64,000 bases of DNA from a virus, in IMG/VR virus record IMGVR_UViG_3300017447_000001, positions 1,227 to 65,226 of that record; one strand, given 5' to 3'. The position numbers were made by a program, and so were the translations under genes. This document shows positions 48,047 through 59,137 of this stretch, one piece after another. The first letter of the stretch is position 1. The number at the start of each line of letters is the position of its first letter. The notes under the pieces were generated by a model that did no database searches, was not told the DNA's origin, and saw only the letters and a program-made list of their open reading frames with translations.

Positions 48047-48705
48047 CCGAATTTATCTGATAACCAAACAATAAATAACGCCGTACAACCAGCGAAAAAT
48101 AATAATGGGAATATGTAGCAGGCTATCATGTCGCGGGACAGCACCACCACACCTTGATGTTTAATGAAGTTAAATATAAAATTACCTGTTAAGATGGTTA
48201 ATGTGCCTGCTGTACCAATCATCAGAATTAATACTGGGCCAAAAAAATATCGGTGCCATGGATGTGGTTTATTTGTTTTCATCTTTATGGTTGTTTAACT
48301 GGTCGAGGTCTTTGATTATATCTTTTAAAACATATTCTGATCCGTTGTAGAAAGGTATCAGTTCAGGGTTTGTTATCGGATGACTGTTTAGCGTTTGCAA
48401 CGTCATCTGCGTGTTGTTTAACACTCTGTTATACTTCAGTATCAGGTCGGGTAGTGTTGTCATAGTTATTTTTCTCCTCTTATTTTTCTAATAACCTTTT
48501 CAAACCAAGAATTGCCAGTGGCTGACTTGATTAGTAAATCAGCATCTTTGAACTCATAGCAATCATAAATCTCATTTTTATACAAGAACCTTTTGGTTAA
48601 TTCCTCTTTTTTACCATTTATACTTAGATATTCATCGTACCAGATGAGTGTGTTCTTTTTAATCATTGTTGTATTGATTTGTGTTAATAAACTATTTAAG
48701 ACCAA
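48037..48705 (-). CDS. Three small hypothetical ORFs (48037-48282 two-TM; 48269-48463; 48466-48705)
   Basis: Tightly packed minus-strand ORFs. Confidence 0.45.
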
Positions 48706-48750
48706 CAGGCTAGAGGGAGTGAGTTGAAGAGAGAGGGAAGCAAAAGAGGT

Positions 48751-49308
48751 TTATTTAAAAACCTCTCCCAGTATTTCTGCAACGCTATTGATTTCATCGT
48801 AACGTATGCGTATCATCTCTATCCCTTTTCTCTTGCAATAGGCATCTTTTGCTCTATCTCGTAGCTGCTGGTTTTCTAATGAATCTCCCTGTTCTATGTG
48901 AAACTTAGGGCAGTTTTTAAAATGTTGTTCGCCATCAAACTCTACACAGTAAGCTTTCATCTTGTAAAGTAGATAAAAATCCATTCGTAGTTGGAGTTCT
49001 GATATTGGGCTTATTAAATCTTTAAAGGTTTTCTCTTTGTCAAACTTGATATTGCGTTCTTTAAACCAGTTGGCTATTAGGGTTTCACCTACAGATGGCT
49101 GGGTGGTTTCTTTTTGGCGTTTGCGCTTCTTTTGCTTGTTGGCCTTGTTGAAGATAGAGTCAGCTTGTCCATCTACATAAAGGACTCCTTTAATACGTTT
49201 TGCCTGTACAACGGTTGCTACTCCGTCTTTATATACTGTCATTTCAAACGTAGTGTCGGGCAGCTTCTTCTTACCTTGTTTCTTTTTCTTGCGGGTATTG
49301 ATTATCAT
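48751..49308 (-). CDS. PD-(D/E)XK (DUF559/Vsr-like) endonuclease
   Basis: GETLIANWF...LRMDFYL...VEFDGEQHF...IEMIRI; likely start ATG 49308. Confidence 0.75.
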   Translation of the reverse strand: MIINTRKKKKQGKKKLPDTTFEMTVYKDGVATVVQAKRIKGVLYVDGQADSIFNKANKQKKRKRQKETTQPSVGETLIANWFKERNIKFDKEKTFKDLISPISELQLRMDFYLLYKMKAYCVEFDGEQHFKNCPKFHIEQGDSLENQQLRDRAKDAYCKRKGIEMIRIRYDEINSVAEILGEVFK

Positions 49309-49473
49309 AAAATAAAATACCCCAAAGCAAACAGGTGTGCTGAACAACGATACCCATAGGAGTAGTTGCACCTGTTTGTTCGGGTGTATATTAAATTACG
49401 TTAATGTTGAGATGATTGTCATGTTAAGTATTATTGTTCAGCATGACAAAAATGTAGAATTATTTTGTTTCTG

Positions 49474-50007
49474 TCAAGCCTTGATTGAATTTATATCTAT
49501 CGCCAATCCTGCATCAATTAATCCGAATACGTCAAAGTGATTTTCTAACATCCAGTTAAATAATTCCAGTTTGTCCAGCATCATATATGATGTGCTTTCT
49601 TGTCCGGGAGTAGCTAATGACAATCTGAAGTCTTTTTGCATCTCGAAATCAACAGTAAAACCAATAAGCCAATCATCACTGGTTGCTACAATACCATAAT
49701 TATCTCCTTCATTATGGTATGATTTGATTATAAAATCAAAATCATCAAAGCCCCAAATCTGAAATATTGCTTTCTTGCAAAGTGTAGCTATCAAAGTTTG
49801 ATCAACTAAATCAGACAGTGGTCGCAAGGCAATCATACCCGTAACCCTACTGTTTAAGTAGTACTGGATGTTGTCTGTTGTAAGATCTACTGTGGGGATA
49901 TATACCACATCTCCGCTTTCCTCATCTTTAAAATCCACATAGCATTTTACACCATAAGGTAAATATGGCGCGAGGTGTTTTAATTCTAATTTCATATCAG
50001 TGTTCAT
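49474..50007 (-). CDS. Hypothetical phage protein
   Basis: LKHLAPYLPYG...LRPLSDL...ENHFDVFGLIDAGLAIDIN, a pattern recalled from Bacteroidota phages. Confidence 0.6.
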   Translation of the reverse strand: MNTDMKLELKHLAPYLPYGVKCYVDFKDEESGDVVYIPTVDLTTDNIQYYLNSRVTGMIALRPLSDLVDQTLIATLCKKAIFQIWGFDDFDFIIKSYHNEGDNYGIVATSDDWLIGFTVDFEMQKDFRLSLATPGQESTSYMMLDKLELFNWMLENHFDVFGLIDAGLAIDINSIKA

Positions 50008-51012
50008 CTTCCCATCTCCTTTTAGATGATTTAAAGTTCTTTTTGTATTTGACTTTGGCGTTTCCCGCGGCTATACGGTTAGCTATCCCGACCCAGTACC
50101 GCTCACAGATGTCCTGGATATGGTCTGGGTGGATGTATTTATCCGTTTCCACGTTCTGATACCACTTGTCACTGACCTTGATGATGTGGGGTGGTAGTTT
50201 GAATTCTTCCATGGTTATGTTGTTTGATGAAGTGACGCCAAAATAGTTCATTACTATTTAATCCATAGTAGCCACAAAGTGGGTTTTTAAATCCCAACAC
50301 ACTACCGTTGTAGTAATACAAATAGCCCCAATGTCGTACCAGTACTCTAAACTTTGGTTTCATATCGTGTATGCTTTAATTCTCTTAACTCATCTTCTAA
50401 CTTATCTACTCTACGTTTCAGCACACCATTATCTTCCAGTGCGTCATCCAGTGCATCAGTGGTGTCTTTAAGGTCATTTTCAGCCCTTGTGAGCGACTTT
50501 CTCAACTCGTGCATACGCAAGTGCAGGTTATAGAACGATAGCTTCTTAAAACGGTTATAAAACACATGCATTGCCATGGCTACCCCCTTGATGGTATCTG
50601 CGGAGTAACCTTGTTCGGGCATCAGCAATACCGTTTGTTTCATTGCCACCCACATATCCAGCAGATTGTCGTATTCTGTTTTCTTAACTTTCATTGTTTA
50701 GTTATCTCTATATGATTTGGGCAACAGTACGCCATAGTTCTTGAATAATTTTTGTTCTGGAGGATTAACTACATGGTCAGGATTAAATACCCCGAACAAC
50801 TCCTCGCAGTGCCTGATGAAATAATTAAACTTAAAAGCCCTGCCATTTTTGTAATCGTAACTTCGGGATGTCTTATACTTGCCATCCCACTTTGTAAGCA
50901 CCCATCTTATATCCTGTTCTGCTATGCAAGTATTTATTAATTGGCGCCAATCAGAAAAGGAATAGTGAAACGTGTATACTCCGTTTTTGATAGTGTAATG
51001 TGTCGCTTTCAT
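49997..51012 (-). CDS. Three small hypothetical ORFs (49997-50251; 50347-50694 coiled coil; 50698-51012)
   Basis: Packed minus-strand ORFs. Confidence 0.5.
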
Positions 51013-51014
51013 AA

Positions 51015-51347
51015 TTATCTTAGTTTAACTGTTGATAGAAATAAATTATCTGCGCTATTATTAAGCGCGTTACCGTCTTTGGGGTACACATAGCACTTAT
51101 GGGGCAGCGCACCCACAAAAGCCTCGTACACCAGCTTATTCACTGCTATCTGGTAACGTTTACCGCCTCTGTACAGTGCTACGAATGCTGCGTTACCGTT
51201 TATGTTGTACTTATGCAGTAATTTATCAGGATACCGTATGGATTTAATATGTCCCTCTTTGCATATCTGATATAACCCAAAGCGTGGTACAGGGCGCCAT
51301 ACGGTATCAGTTAATAATTTCGCTGTACTGCTCTCCGAACATGTCAT
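51015..51347 (-). CDS. NUMOD4-HNH homing-endonuclease-like protein with degenerate HNH
   Basis: VWRPVPRFGLYQICKEGHIKS (NUMOD4); VNKLVYEAF...VYPKDGNALNNSADNL lacks the usual His residues. Confidence 0.7.
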   Translation of the reverse strand: MTCSESSTAKLLTDTVWRPVPRFGLYQICKEGHIKSIRYPDKLLHKYNINGNAAFVALYRGGKRYQIAVNKLVYEAFVGALPHKCYVYPKDGNALNNSADNLFLSTVKLR

Positions 51348-51894
51348 ACGCTTTGTTTCTGATGGAAAATATTGTTGTTTTAACGGTGCCAATGGGTAAC
51401 GAGAGAATCTTAGAAATATCTTCGTAGCTATGGTCGTTTATAAAGTACTCGTCAAAAATATCCTTGTGTTTTTGTGATTTTAACGATTCTCTTACCTGGG
51501 CGTAAACAATCTTCTGAAACTCTTTTAGTGCTAAGTTCGGCTGATTGGCTTGGTTATTACTGTCAATCTCTACGCAGTCATCTATATCTACCAATCTACC
51601 TGAGTGTAAGTTTACGCTCCGTTTGACCGATATGGCGGTGTTATGTACAACTGTGGCGATATAACCCCAGAACTCTCTTTCATTCCCCTCAAAGCCATCT
51701 TTATTAAGTGACCTTGCTAAGTATATGTTTAACTGGGATAATAGATCCTCTGCGTTAATATGGAACAAGAATGCCTTTCGGTTTACCATCGCAACAATCT
51801 TCTTGTAATTCTTACTGATGAATGCTTTATAAATGGTTTGCTTTGCACTGTATCCCTCATTCATTGGTTTGACTTTAATATCCTTCGCTTTCAT
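51307..51894 (-). CDS. ECF-type RNA polymerase sigma factor
   Basis: Region 2 AEDLLSQL...FWGYIATVVHNTAIS; region 4 SYEDISKILSLPIGTVKTTIFSIR. Confidence 0.85.
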   Translation of the reverse strand: MKAKDIKVKPMNEGYSAKQTIYKAFISKNYKKIVAMVNRKAFLFHINAEDLLSQLNIYLARSLNKDGFEGNEREFWGYIATVVHNTAISVKRSVNLHSGRLVDIDDCVEIDSNNQANQPNLALKEFQKIVYAQVRESLKSQKHKDIFDEYFINDHSYEDISKILSLPIGTVKTTIFSIRNKAYDMFGEQYSEIIN

Positions 51895-52306
51895 GTGCCA
51901 TAATAGTTAATTCTGTTCTGGGTTTATCGTCGTAGTATTTCAAAACCCTGCAACTGTACACCTGTCCATCATCTTTCCAATATACCTTATTTAAAGCGTC
52001 CATGATAAACTTAATGCAATTGTCAATATCTGGCTTACCCGTGTGATAAAGTGGCGCTGTAGGCTTTAAAACATGGCTATTAGTGCCTGTTCGGAAGTGG
52101 CTCTTAGGGCGAGTAAAGTAAAACGTAATAAATAATGAAACTGGGGTTGTAAACGGCTGTTGTGGTGCCTGTGATTGTACAATAGAAAGAAAGTCTCCCT
52201 TGTCGGCTGACGATGGGTCGTACTGTCTTATAAACCCACCCACTTTAGTAGAACGGTGTCGCTTTTGACTTTTTGGTTCTCCAAGAACCGTTAATTCTAT
52301 TTTCAT
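51875..52306 (-). CDS. rusA: RusA-like Holliday junction resolvase
   Basis: GEPKSQKRHR; KPDIDNCIKFIMDALN...DDGQV. Confidence 0.9.
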   Translation of the reverse strand: MKIELTVLGEPKSQKRHRSTKVGGFIRQYDPSSADKGDFLSIVQSQAPQQPFTTPVSLFITFYFTRPKSHFRTGTNSHVLKPTAPLYHTGKPDIDNCIKFIMDALNKVYWKDDGQVYSCRVLKYYDDKPRTELTIMAHESEGY

Positions 52307-52307
52307 A

Positions 52308-53068
52308 TTAGTATACTATTAATTGGTAAAGCCCTACACCTACTCGGCTCAGGACGTTTTTCTTAATTAATTTGGATAACAGGTCGGATAGCCACCTTTC
52401 GTACACTCTACCTCTTGGACAGTGGTTCTTACAAAGATTATTTATGGCGTCTTTGTCTATAAATCCGTTCTTCTCGTTTGCTTGCTCAACAATGGCTTTA
52501 GCTGCTTTTAGAAACGTGCCACTTAATTTAGATAATCTGCCATGTTTTATCCTATGGAGCGCATTTTGCAGATTAGGGCTTGCCTGATCTCTTTCCCACT
52601 TAGTATTATAAAAAACAGTTTGTTCTTCAACTATGTCTTGCAGCTTATTTACCAGCCGTTCTGAATGAAACATTTGGTCATACTCTTCTCTCATCCTCAA
52701 ACTCCTTTCTGTGCTGGTCAATCTGCCTGTTTAACACCTTATCTGCGGTGTTCAGCCCGAAGGTGCGGTCATACTCCATTTGCAGGTAGAACTGGTACGC
52801 ATTGAACGATGGCAAGGTGTAGTCAGGCATGGCCGTGTGGGATATGCTTCTTGTTTTACCGTTAACCTTGCGCATGTGTCATGTCTTTAAATGTTTTCTC
52901 TATTATTTTCGTACACTCGTCAGCTGTGTATTCCATTTGGGCGGTTAACAGCCTCTCTATTGTGCTCTGAGTGTAAAGGGGTAGTCCATGTATCACTTCT
53001 TCATTGGTGGCCTCCACTGCCTTAATAAGCTTGTGATTGGCGTAGTAATAATCTGGTGTTGCTTCCAT
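52308..53068 (-). CDS. Three small hypothetical ORFs (52308-52721; 52678-52875; 52862-53068)
   Basis: Packed minus-strand ORFs. Confidence 0.45.
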
Positions 53069-53169
53069 AAAAATGATTTTAATAATTAAAAAATAACAGG
53101 GTATCAGGCTCGCCCCGACCCCTGTTCACAAAAACCTAATAACAGAATGCCGCTTGTCAAAGGCGGTTG

Positions 53170-53225
53170 CTCTATGGTGTGATTTCGATTCACCAATAAT
53201 GGCTGTCTTACGCCATACCATAGAG
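53170..53225 (-). ncRNA. Three-way-junction tRNA-like RNA without an anticodon arm
   Basis: CTCTATGG/CCATAGAG closing stem, TA linker, TGGC-GTAAGACA-GCCA arm, TTATT, GTGA-ATCGAAA-TCAC arm. Confidence 0.4.
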
Positions 53226-53234
53226 TTTTACTTT

Positions 53235-54602
53235 TTATTTCTTGGAGGTTTTTAAGATTGTTAGTCTGTCAATTTCTGCTGCAATCAGCGCCCCTGCTTT
53301 GGTTAACCTTTCAATCTTATTCAAGTCACCACCCTTCCAGCTTTCTATCTCGAAGGGCCAAAGTGATGGCACTAAAATTTCAGGCAAATCTGGTTGTGGT
53401 TCACAAAACTCATCACCGATTCCTAATTCATAATTTGTATTCACCTCTCCATCTATATTTAAGAAGGAATAAGCCGCTCTTAGTAAAGGGGAATGATAGG
53501 ATGGGGATGAAACAAAAAATTCTTCATTGTCATAATCTCCCACATGTTCAGAATCATGCCTTACATCATAGCCATGTTTGTTTACCTGCTTAGTTCTTTC
53601 TTCGCTGATTAGTTCTACTCCGGTTTTTGGGAACTTAATCACCCTTTCCGCTTCCACTGGTGGTACAGATGTTTCAGCGCCATTGAATTGTGTAGTCTGT
53701 TTAATGTTATCCAAGTCCTGTTGCTCCATGAGCATCTCTGTTGGTGCGGCTAGTTGATAGTATGGCCACACGTGCGTACTGTCACCAAATGAATCTAACT
53801 GTGGGGATTTATCTGTTGGAACAAAAGCTTGATAGGTGGCGCCATTAACATTGATAATGTCTCCATCTTGTATGTCAATTTTCGGTTCTTTATAGAGTTC
53901 TTCTTTGAAACTGCTAAGATTGCTGCCCTTTTGCTCCCGCTCTAGTTCCGCCAGCTTCTCCCGCATCACCCTGTTCTCTTCCTCTAACCGCTCTTTCTCT
54001 GCCTGTGCTTCATGGTCTGCTTTCTCTTTAGCCTTGCGTTCTGTTTCGATACGTTCCTGCTCTATCTGGTGCGCTACAATTACTGCATCCAGTACAATCA
54101 GCCAACCGTTATCATCAAAGTCCGGTATACTGTCCAGTGGAACCTCAATAGCATCGCTGTACGGCAAGATATAGATGTTGTCGACCAATTGCGCGCCATG
54201 GGAGGTTAAGTCGTTTATACGGGCTAATAATAACCTTTGTTGACGCTCCTCTTCTTCTTTCTTGATACGGGCTTTCTCTTCATCCACCGCTTTTATTTGT
54301 TGGTCGAACCACTCCTCTCCTTTACGCGCCTCTGCCGCCAGCTCATCGGTTAGCTTTTTATAATCTTTTAGCTGCTTTTGAATTGGGCGTGTATCGTTTA
54401 ACCGTTTCTTTTCCACCTCTACAGCAACAGTACGATAACCAGCCCTGCGCTTAACGGCATCCCTGTATCCCTCCTTATCTTCGATACCCTTAATTAGTAT
54501 TTCTGAATCAGCTTTAATCATAGCTTTCAGGGTTTCCATGTTAATGGCGTGGTTGCCTATATCGAATACTGTTGGTATTACTAATGCTTTGTTTTTTTCC
54601 AT
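53235..54602 (-). CDS. Coiled-coil (DUF1351-like) protein with conserved phage C-terminal domain
   Basis: Long E/K/R coiled coil; C-terminal ISEERTKQ..HGY...HD...LTKAGALIAAEIDRL. Confidence 0.55.
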   Translation of the reverse strand: MEKNKALVIPTVFDIGNHAINMETLKAMIKADSEILIKGIEDKEGYRDAVKRRAGYRTVAVEVEKKRLNDTRPIQKQLKDYKKLTDELAAEARKGEEWFDQQIKAVDEEKARIKKEEEERQQRLLLARINDLTSHGAQLVDNIYILPYSDAIEVPLDSIPDFDDNGWLIVLDAVIVAHQIEQERIETERKAKEKADHEAQAEKERLEEENRVMREKLAELEREQKGSNLSSFKEELYKEPKIDIQDGDIINVNGATYQAFVPTDKSPQLDSFGDSTHVWPYYQLAAPTEMLMEQQDLDNIKQTTQFNGAETSVPPVEAERVIKFPKTGVELISEERTKQVNKHGYDVRHDSEHVGDYDNEEFFVSSPSYHSPLLRAAYSFLNIDGEVNTNYELGIGDEFCEPQPDLPEILVPSLWPFEIESWKGGDLNKIERLTKAGALIAAEIDRLTILKTSKK

Positions 54603-54603
54603 C

Positions 54604-55089
54604 TTACTTGATTGTTATTTTATAACCCATCTGTCCTGATTTGATTGGTTCCTGTATCTCTACAGGTTCGCCCCATTCGGTCACAATAGTCATTTTGCCC
54701 TTAACCGTCTTTAAGAACTTTTCCCTATCCTCTTTAAGCTTTTTCGCCAAGTTAAACCTAGCAAGTAAATCCTCATATACAGGATCACCACACCAGCTGT
54801 AATCGTATTTAACGCCAAGCTCTGCTTGTTCAACCTTACATCCCTTAACGATAGTTGTTTCACCTTTGGAAGCATACTGTTTGGCGTATACTGAGTCTTT
54901 TATATTATCCTCTATAGCTTTGAACAGTTCCTGTCCTTTTTTAGCCAGTATTAGCGTCTCTAAGGCATCCGCATTACCTTCCTGTACTGTTTGTACCACT
55001 GTCTTTGCTAAGTCGCTTATAGAGTCTTTATCAAGGTTGATTAACCCCGTTGGTATCAGTTGGGGTAGGTTGTTGTTTTGTGCTGACAT
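54604..55089 (-). CDS. Hypothetical protein of the recombination cluster
   Basis: 161 aa between the SSB-like and coiled-coil genes. Confidence 0.6.
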   Translation of the reverse strand: MSAQNNNLPQLIPTGLINLDKDSISDLAKTVVQTVQEGNADALETLILAKKGQELFKAIEDNIKDSVYAKQYASKGETTIVKGCKVEQAELGVKYDYSWCGDPVYEDLLARFNLAKKLKEDREKFLKTVKGKMTIVTEWGEPVEIQEPIKSGQMGYKITIK

Positions 55090-55290
55090 AATTTATTTTT
55101 TCTAATAGTGTTTCACTGATTGGTTGAGCATCGGGGTCGTACATTTCTCGGATGTTGGGTTGCTCTTGGTTATCCATCATCCATTCTTTTACTCTTCCCA
55201 TAATTGTTGTTAATTAAAAAAGCCCCCATATCTGCATGAGAGATATAAGGGGGCTGTGATGTGTTTTGTTAGATAGATTGCAGGGTCAGA

Positions 55291-55932
55291 TTAAAACGGA
55301 AGACCCGAATTGTCATCGTCATTGTTACCATTAGGCTGTCCGTTATCATCCACAAAGTTAAACTGCTCTGGATGTTTCATTGCATTATACTCGGGAGATG
55401 TCTTTATCTTGTCTGTAATGAACGCAGGCAGAGAGTTGAACAATTCATCATCCCAGCTATCAAACGCCAGTATACGGGTCTTATTGAATGGTGTGGGCTT
55501 TGGCATTGACTTGGGTAACGGTGTGATGCCTGCGATATTTTCGTATATTTTCGTGCCGTCCGCGCTTGGCTTGTGAATGATGTTCAACATACATGGTGCT
55601 CCTATAAGCTTGGTGATATCGAAATCCGCAGCCTCTTTATCTGTCCATGCTGCACCCCGCCATGATTGCAACTCTTTTCTTAATGTTGCTTTGCTATTCA
55701 TAAACAAGGTGTACTCTTTTTCTATAACCAATGGTTTGGCCGGTTCACCTTCTTTAAACACTTTAAGTTCATCTGATAGCTCCCATCCGATACGAACTTT
55801 AGGCACGTGCTTCTCTTCTCCCTTGAAAGATTCTTTTAACGTTCCCATTTGTAACATGGAGTAGCATACGGCTACATAATTACCTGCTGGTATTAACTCT
55901 CTTGTGGTGCCTGCTGGCGCTGTAATTGGCAT
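55291..55932 (-). CDS. Single-stranded DNA-binding protein (phage type)
   Basis: ELIPAGNYVAVC...LIGAPCMLNI beta fold; acidic tail DDDNSGLPF; start ATG 55932. Confidence 0.7.
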   Translation of the reverse strand: MPITAPAGTTRELIPAGNYVAVCYSMLQMGTLKESFKGEEKHVPKVRIGWELSDELKVFKEGEPAKPLVIEKEYTLFMNSKATLRKELQSWRGAAWTDKEAADFDITKLIGAPCMLNIIHKPSADGTKIYENIAGITPLPKSMPKPTPFNKTRILAFDSWDDELFNSLPAFITDKIKTSPEYNAMKHPEQFNFVDDNGQPNGNNDDDNSGLPF

Positions 55933-55990
55933 AACTTTTAACTGTTTGTTGTTGATTAAATATAATGAATTATGATGGTATTTTAAAGGT

Positions 55991-56707
55991 TTAAAAGGGC
56001 AAATTAAGGTCAGAGGATGAGTTGGTTGCACTGTCTCCGAACTTGTCAAACGCCCTTGATTCAAGGTCATCTAAGCCTCTCTGAGCCTCTTTAATCTGGT
56101 TGCGGTATCTGTGGCCCTCTTCGCTTATATAACGCTTTGTAGCCATCTCTGTAAGCTCCTGAAAGGAACGTTTAACATCTGCCCACTTACCAAGCAGATA
56201 GGTAGCTGTGACGCTGTAATACTCGTCGCCTTTCTTGCCGCCTGCATCAATAAAATCTTGCAATGTTTTAAACTCCCGCCCTTTGAGTTGTGATGAACTT
56301 CCCCAGCTTGAAGCATAGTAATGTCCCACCATACCCACACAGGCAGGGTCGGGTGTTTTGTCATCGTACCAGATTTGTATTTTATTAAAGTACTGTTCTT
56401 TTACTGATAGCGCCACCAAATCCAATATCTCTAACGGGATGGGTGTTTTATCGTAGTCTTTGACATCTACCTTACGCGGACATAAGGTTTCAAGAACGTT
56501 AACTAGATTAGCCTTTAGAAACATGAATGGTATCGGGCTTTTCTCGGGTTTAACAATGGCGGTCTGTCCTGTTAAACCAAGTTCATTAACCAAGCGGTTC
56601 CAGTTATCAAGCTGTTCGTTGTCGTAGATTAAACCTACTGTTTCTTCGGCTATAAAAGTTTCTACCACTGTTGCCATTTCTGGTGAATTGTTTTTTAGTA
56701 AATCCAT
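55991..56707 (-). CDS. Hypothetical protein with SSB-like C-terminal LPF
   Basis: 238 aa ending SSDLNLPF. Confidence 0.6.
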   Translation of the reverse strand: MDLLKNNSPEMATVVETFIAEETVGLIYDNEQLDNWNRLVNELGLTGQTAIVKPEKSPIPFMFLKANLVNVLETLCPRKVDVKDYDKTPIPLEILDLVALSVKEQYFNKIQIWYDDKTPDPACVGMVGHYYASSWGSSSQLKGREFKTLQDFIDAGGKKGDEYYSVTATYLLGKWADVKRSFQELTEMATKRYISEEGHRYRNQIKEAQRGLDDLESRAFDKFGDSATNSSSDLNLPF

Positions 56708-56711
56708 AATG

Positions 56712-58058
56712 TTAAATATCTATTCCTTTTAACTGTTCTGTTACACTGTCGGTAAGACCCTTGATAAACTGGGCGTATTCGTTTAATCCTACGGTCTGGT
56801 CATTCTGTACCGCCTCTTCCCTGATAATGCGCTGTACGGCCCGTGAGAAGGTGGAGGGGTAAGATAAATCCACAACATGCTCTTTGCCGTAGTTCTTGCT
56901 GTTGGGATCCTGAATGGTGGTGTACTTCTTTACAGGATATGACCCTGATTCCACAACCACACCGTACTTGGTGCCATTTAAATTGATTGTTACTTCCATT
57001 TGTTGTTTATTTATGCTTGTTCTACAAAACCGTCATTCCAATACCCTAGGTACAGGACGCCGTACTCTTTACAGTTATAAGCAAACATCAGGTCTTGGTT
57101 CGCTTCGAAATAATCTTTAACCAACAAATCTATATTAGCAAATTCATTCGGCTTTATACTGGCATCTTCATAAATGCCTCTTGTTGTAATTGATTTTTTA
57201 AACTGAATTGGCTTTCTTTCTAAGCGCGTTTGTTCCTGTGTTAAGTCTCTTAAAATTGTCTCCATGTTGTTGTTTACTTTATAATGTTTAACTCTTTTTT
57301 GTAGTCCAGTAAAATCAAGTCCTGCTTTAGTGCATCCAGCACGTTTAACTTTGGTTTAAGCCAGTAGTCACGTTCTTCTTCAAATTCTGCACTGATTGGT
57401 GGGCTTAGATACGTCACATCTTTCTCGTACCATTCTATCTGGCGCAATAGCGATGCTCTCTCACGGGTGTACTGTGACTGCACGAACTCATTAGGGGGCT
57501 TCTGAGCGATGATTTTGATAAAACCAAGGCTTAGTACCACTTTGTATAAATGAGCGATGCTACGGGCTTTATTTGAGGCTACAATACTGTATTGCTTACC
57601 TCTGATGGTTATGGTTCTCATTGGTTTGTAAATAAGTATACTTCTGTATTTAATCCTAACAAGTGTTTAACAGTTGCCAAGTCCTCAACTATTCTGTACT
57701 TGCTATCATGCGTATTTTCCCAAACGCAAACGCTTTTCTCTGTCAGTTTCTTAAAAGATATGGTGTTTTCTATGTCGGGTTTCTCCAGTACAATGCGTTT
57801 TGGTTTTTCTGCGCCATTGAGTTGATAGGCCGAGCAATTATTAAGGCTACCAACCAATTGCTGTAAATCTTTGTAGCTAAAAAGAATTACGCCTTCAAAG
57901 TCAACGATGTGCATTCCATCATCCCTTTTTATAACATGCCTTACTGTAGGCATGCCTTCATGGAATATTACAACAACGCCATGGATAACGTTCACATCCT
58001 CCACAAACACCACATCCTCATTCGGTGGCGTCAATAATACTCTGATTAGTTTTTTCAT
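56712..58058 (-). CDS. Four small hypothetical ORFs (56712-56999; 57011-57265; 57274-57621; 57618-58058)
   Basis: Packed ORFs with A-rich leaders. Confidence 0.55.
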
Positions 58059-58531
58059 CTCTTTTTAGGTTTTCTTAAATCCATACGCTTTCTATACTTA
58101 ACAGCTTCTTTATCGCACCAGTCATTGATACGCGCCAGCTTGTGTGTTTCCTGCGTGTGAGCTTTGATGTGTTGGTAATTGACTTTTAAATTATGCTTCT
58201 TGCAGATACGTTCATTAAGCGCCAGTACTAAGTCTAATGATTTGTTAAACTCTTTATTGTCATACCGCGCCATAAGTCCTAAAATTCTGCACATACAATT
58301 AATACTATCTGTATATACAGTGATGGAGGTGATACCCTCGAATGGTGTCTTTAAAAAGGTGAACAAAGCATTACCGATACACTGCAATTCCGCTACATCA
58401 ACATTTTTGGTTTTAATCTTTAATTCACCGGCTTTCATGATTTTGCCCTTACGACAGCCGATATAAAAGGCGTAGGCATTATTTAGCGTTTGTGTGCTGC
58501 ATGATATATCTGTAACGATTGTGAGCCTCAT
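58055..58531 (-). CDS. RNase H-like protein
   Basis: IVTDIS, DVAELQC, VYTDS, HIKAH, NDWCDKEA: D-E-D-D acidic tetrad. Confidence 0.85.
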   Translation of the reverse strand: MRLTIVTDISCSTQTLNNAYAFYIGCRKGKIMKAGELKIKTKNVDVAELQCIGNALFTFLKTPFEGITSITVYTDSINCMCRILGLMARYDNKEFNKSLDLVLALNERICKKHNLKVNYQHIKAHTQETHKLARINDWCDKEAVKYRKRMDLRKPKKR

Positions 58532-59137
58532 CTCTTTTTAGTTTGTGATTCGTGTAGTATCAATATGATGATTGCTATAACTGCTCCTGTTGCCATGATT
58601 GTGTTTGTTTATTTTTCTACTATTTCCATTGCTTTATATTCTTCATAAAGCGTTTTAAGCGTGTCCCTTTGCTTATCGGTAATGTTTTCCCAAGTCATAA
58701 CGCCTTGAATCGTCCCTGTTAGCATTCCTTTAAACATAGATGCCTTATGCAGATATATCTCCTCTTTGCTTTTTTTCTGTTGCGTCATGATGTTAGTTAC
58801 TTAATGTGTTCCACAATATATATCCGATAACTCCTGTCAATAAGATAATCAGATGGTAGTTAATTCTTCTTTTGGGGTTCTCTATCCGCTGTAACTCCCT
58901 GAGCTGTCTGCGGACATGGGGTGGTGCGTGTTTCATGGTTCTATCACTTCGCAATCTTGTTTTAAAATCAACAAATGCGGCGACCTCTTGACTACATAAT
59001 CTTCTTGATTTGTAGGATGATTTTTAACATAAAACTCTTTCCCTATTTTGCTTTTGTACCAAAATCTACTTCCAGTACTTTTAATAACTTTTACTTTCAT
59101 GTTATCTAGCGTTTTTAAGCTCTGTAAGCGATTATTA

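Noticed and set aside
53165-53172. Extra GAGCAACC copies (also near 55157) as additional TnpB element ends or targets
   Set aside because: An 8-mer is expected about twice by chance in 64 kb on both strands, and the flanks do not match the guide
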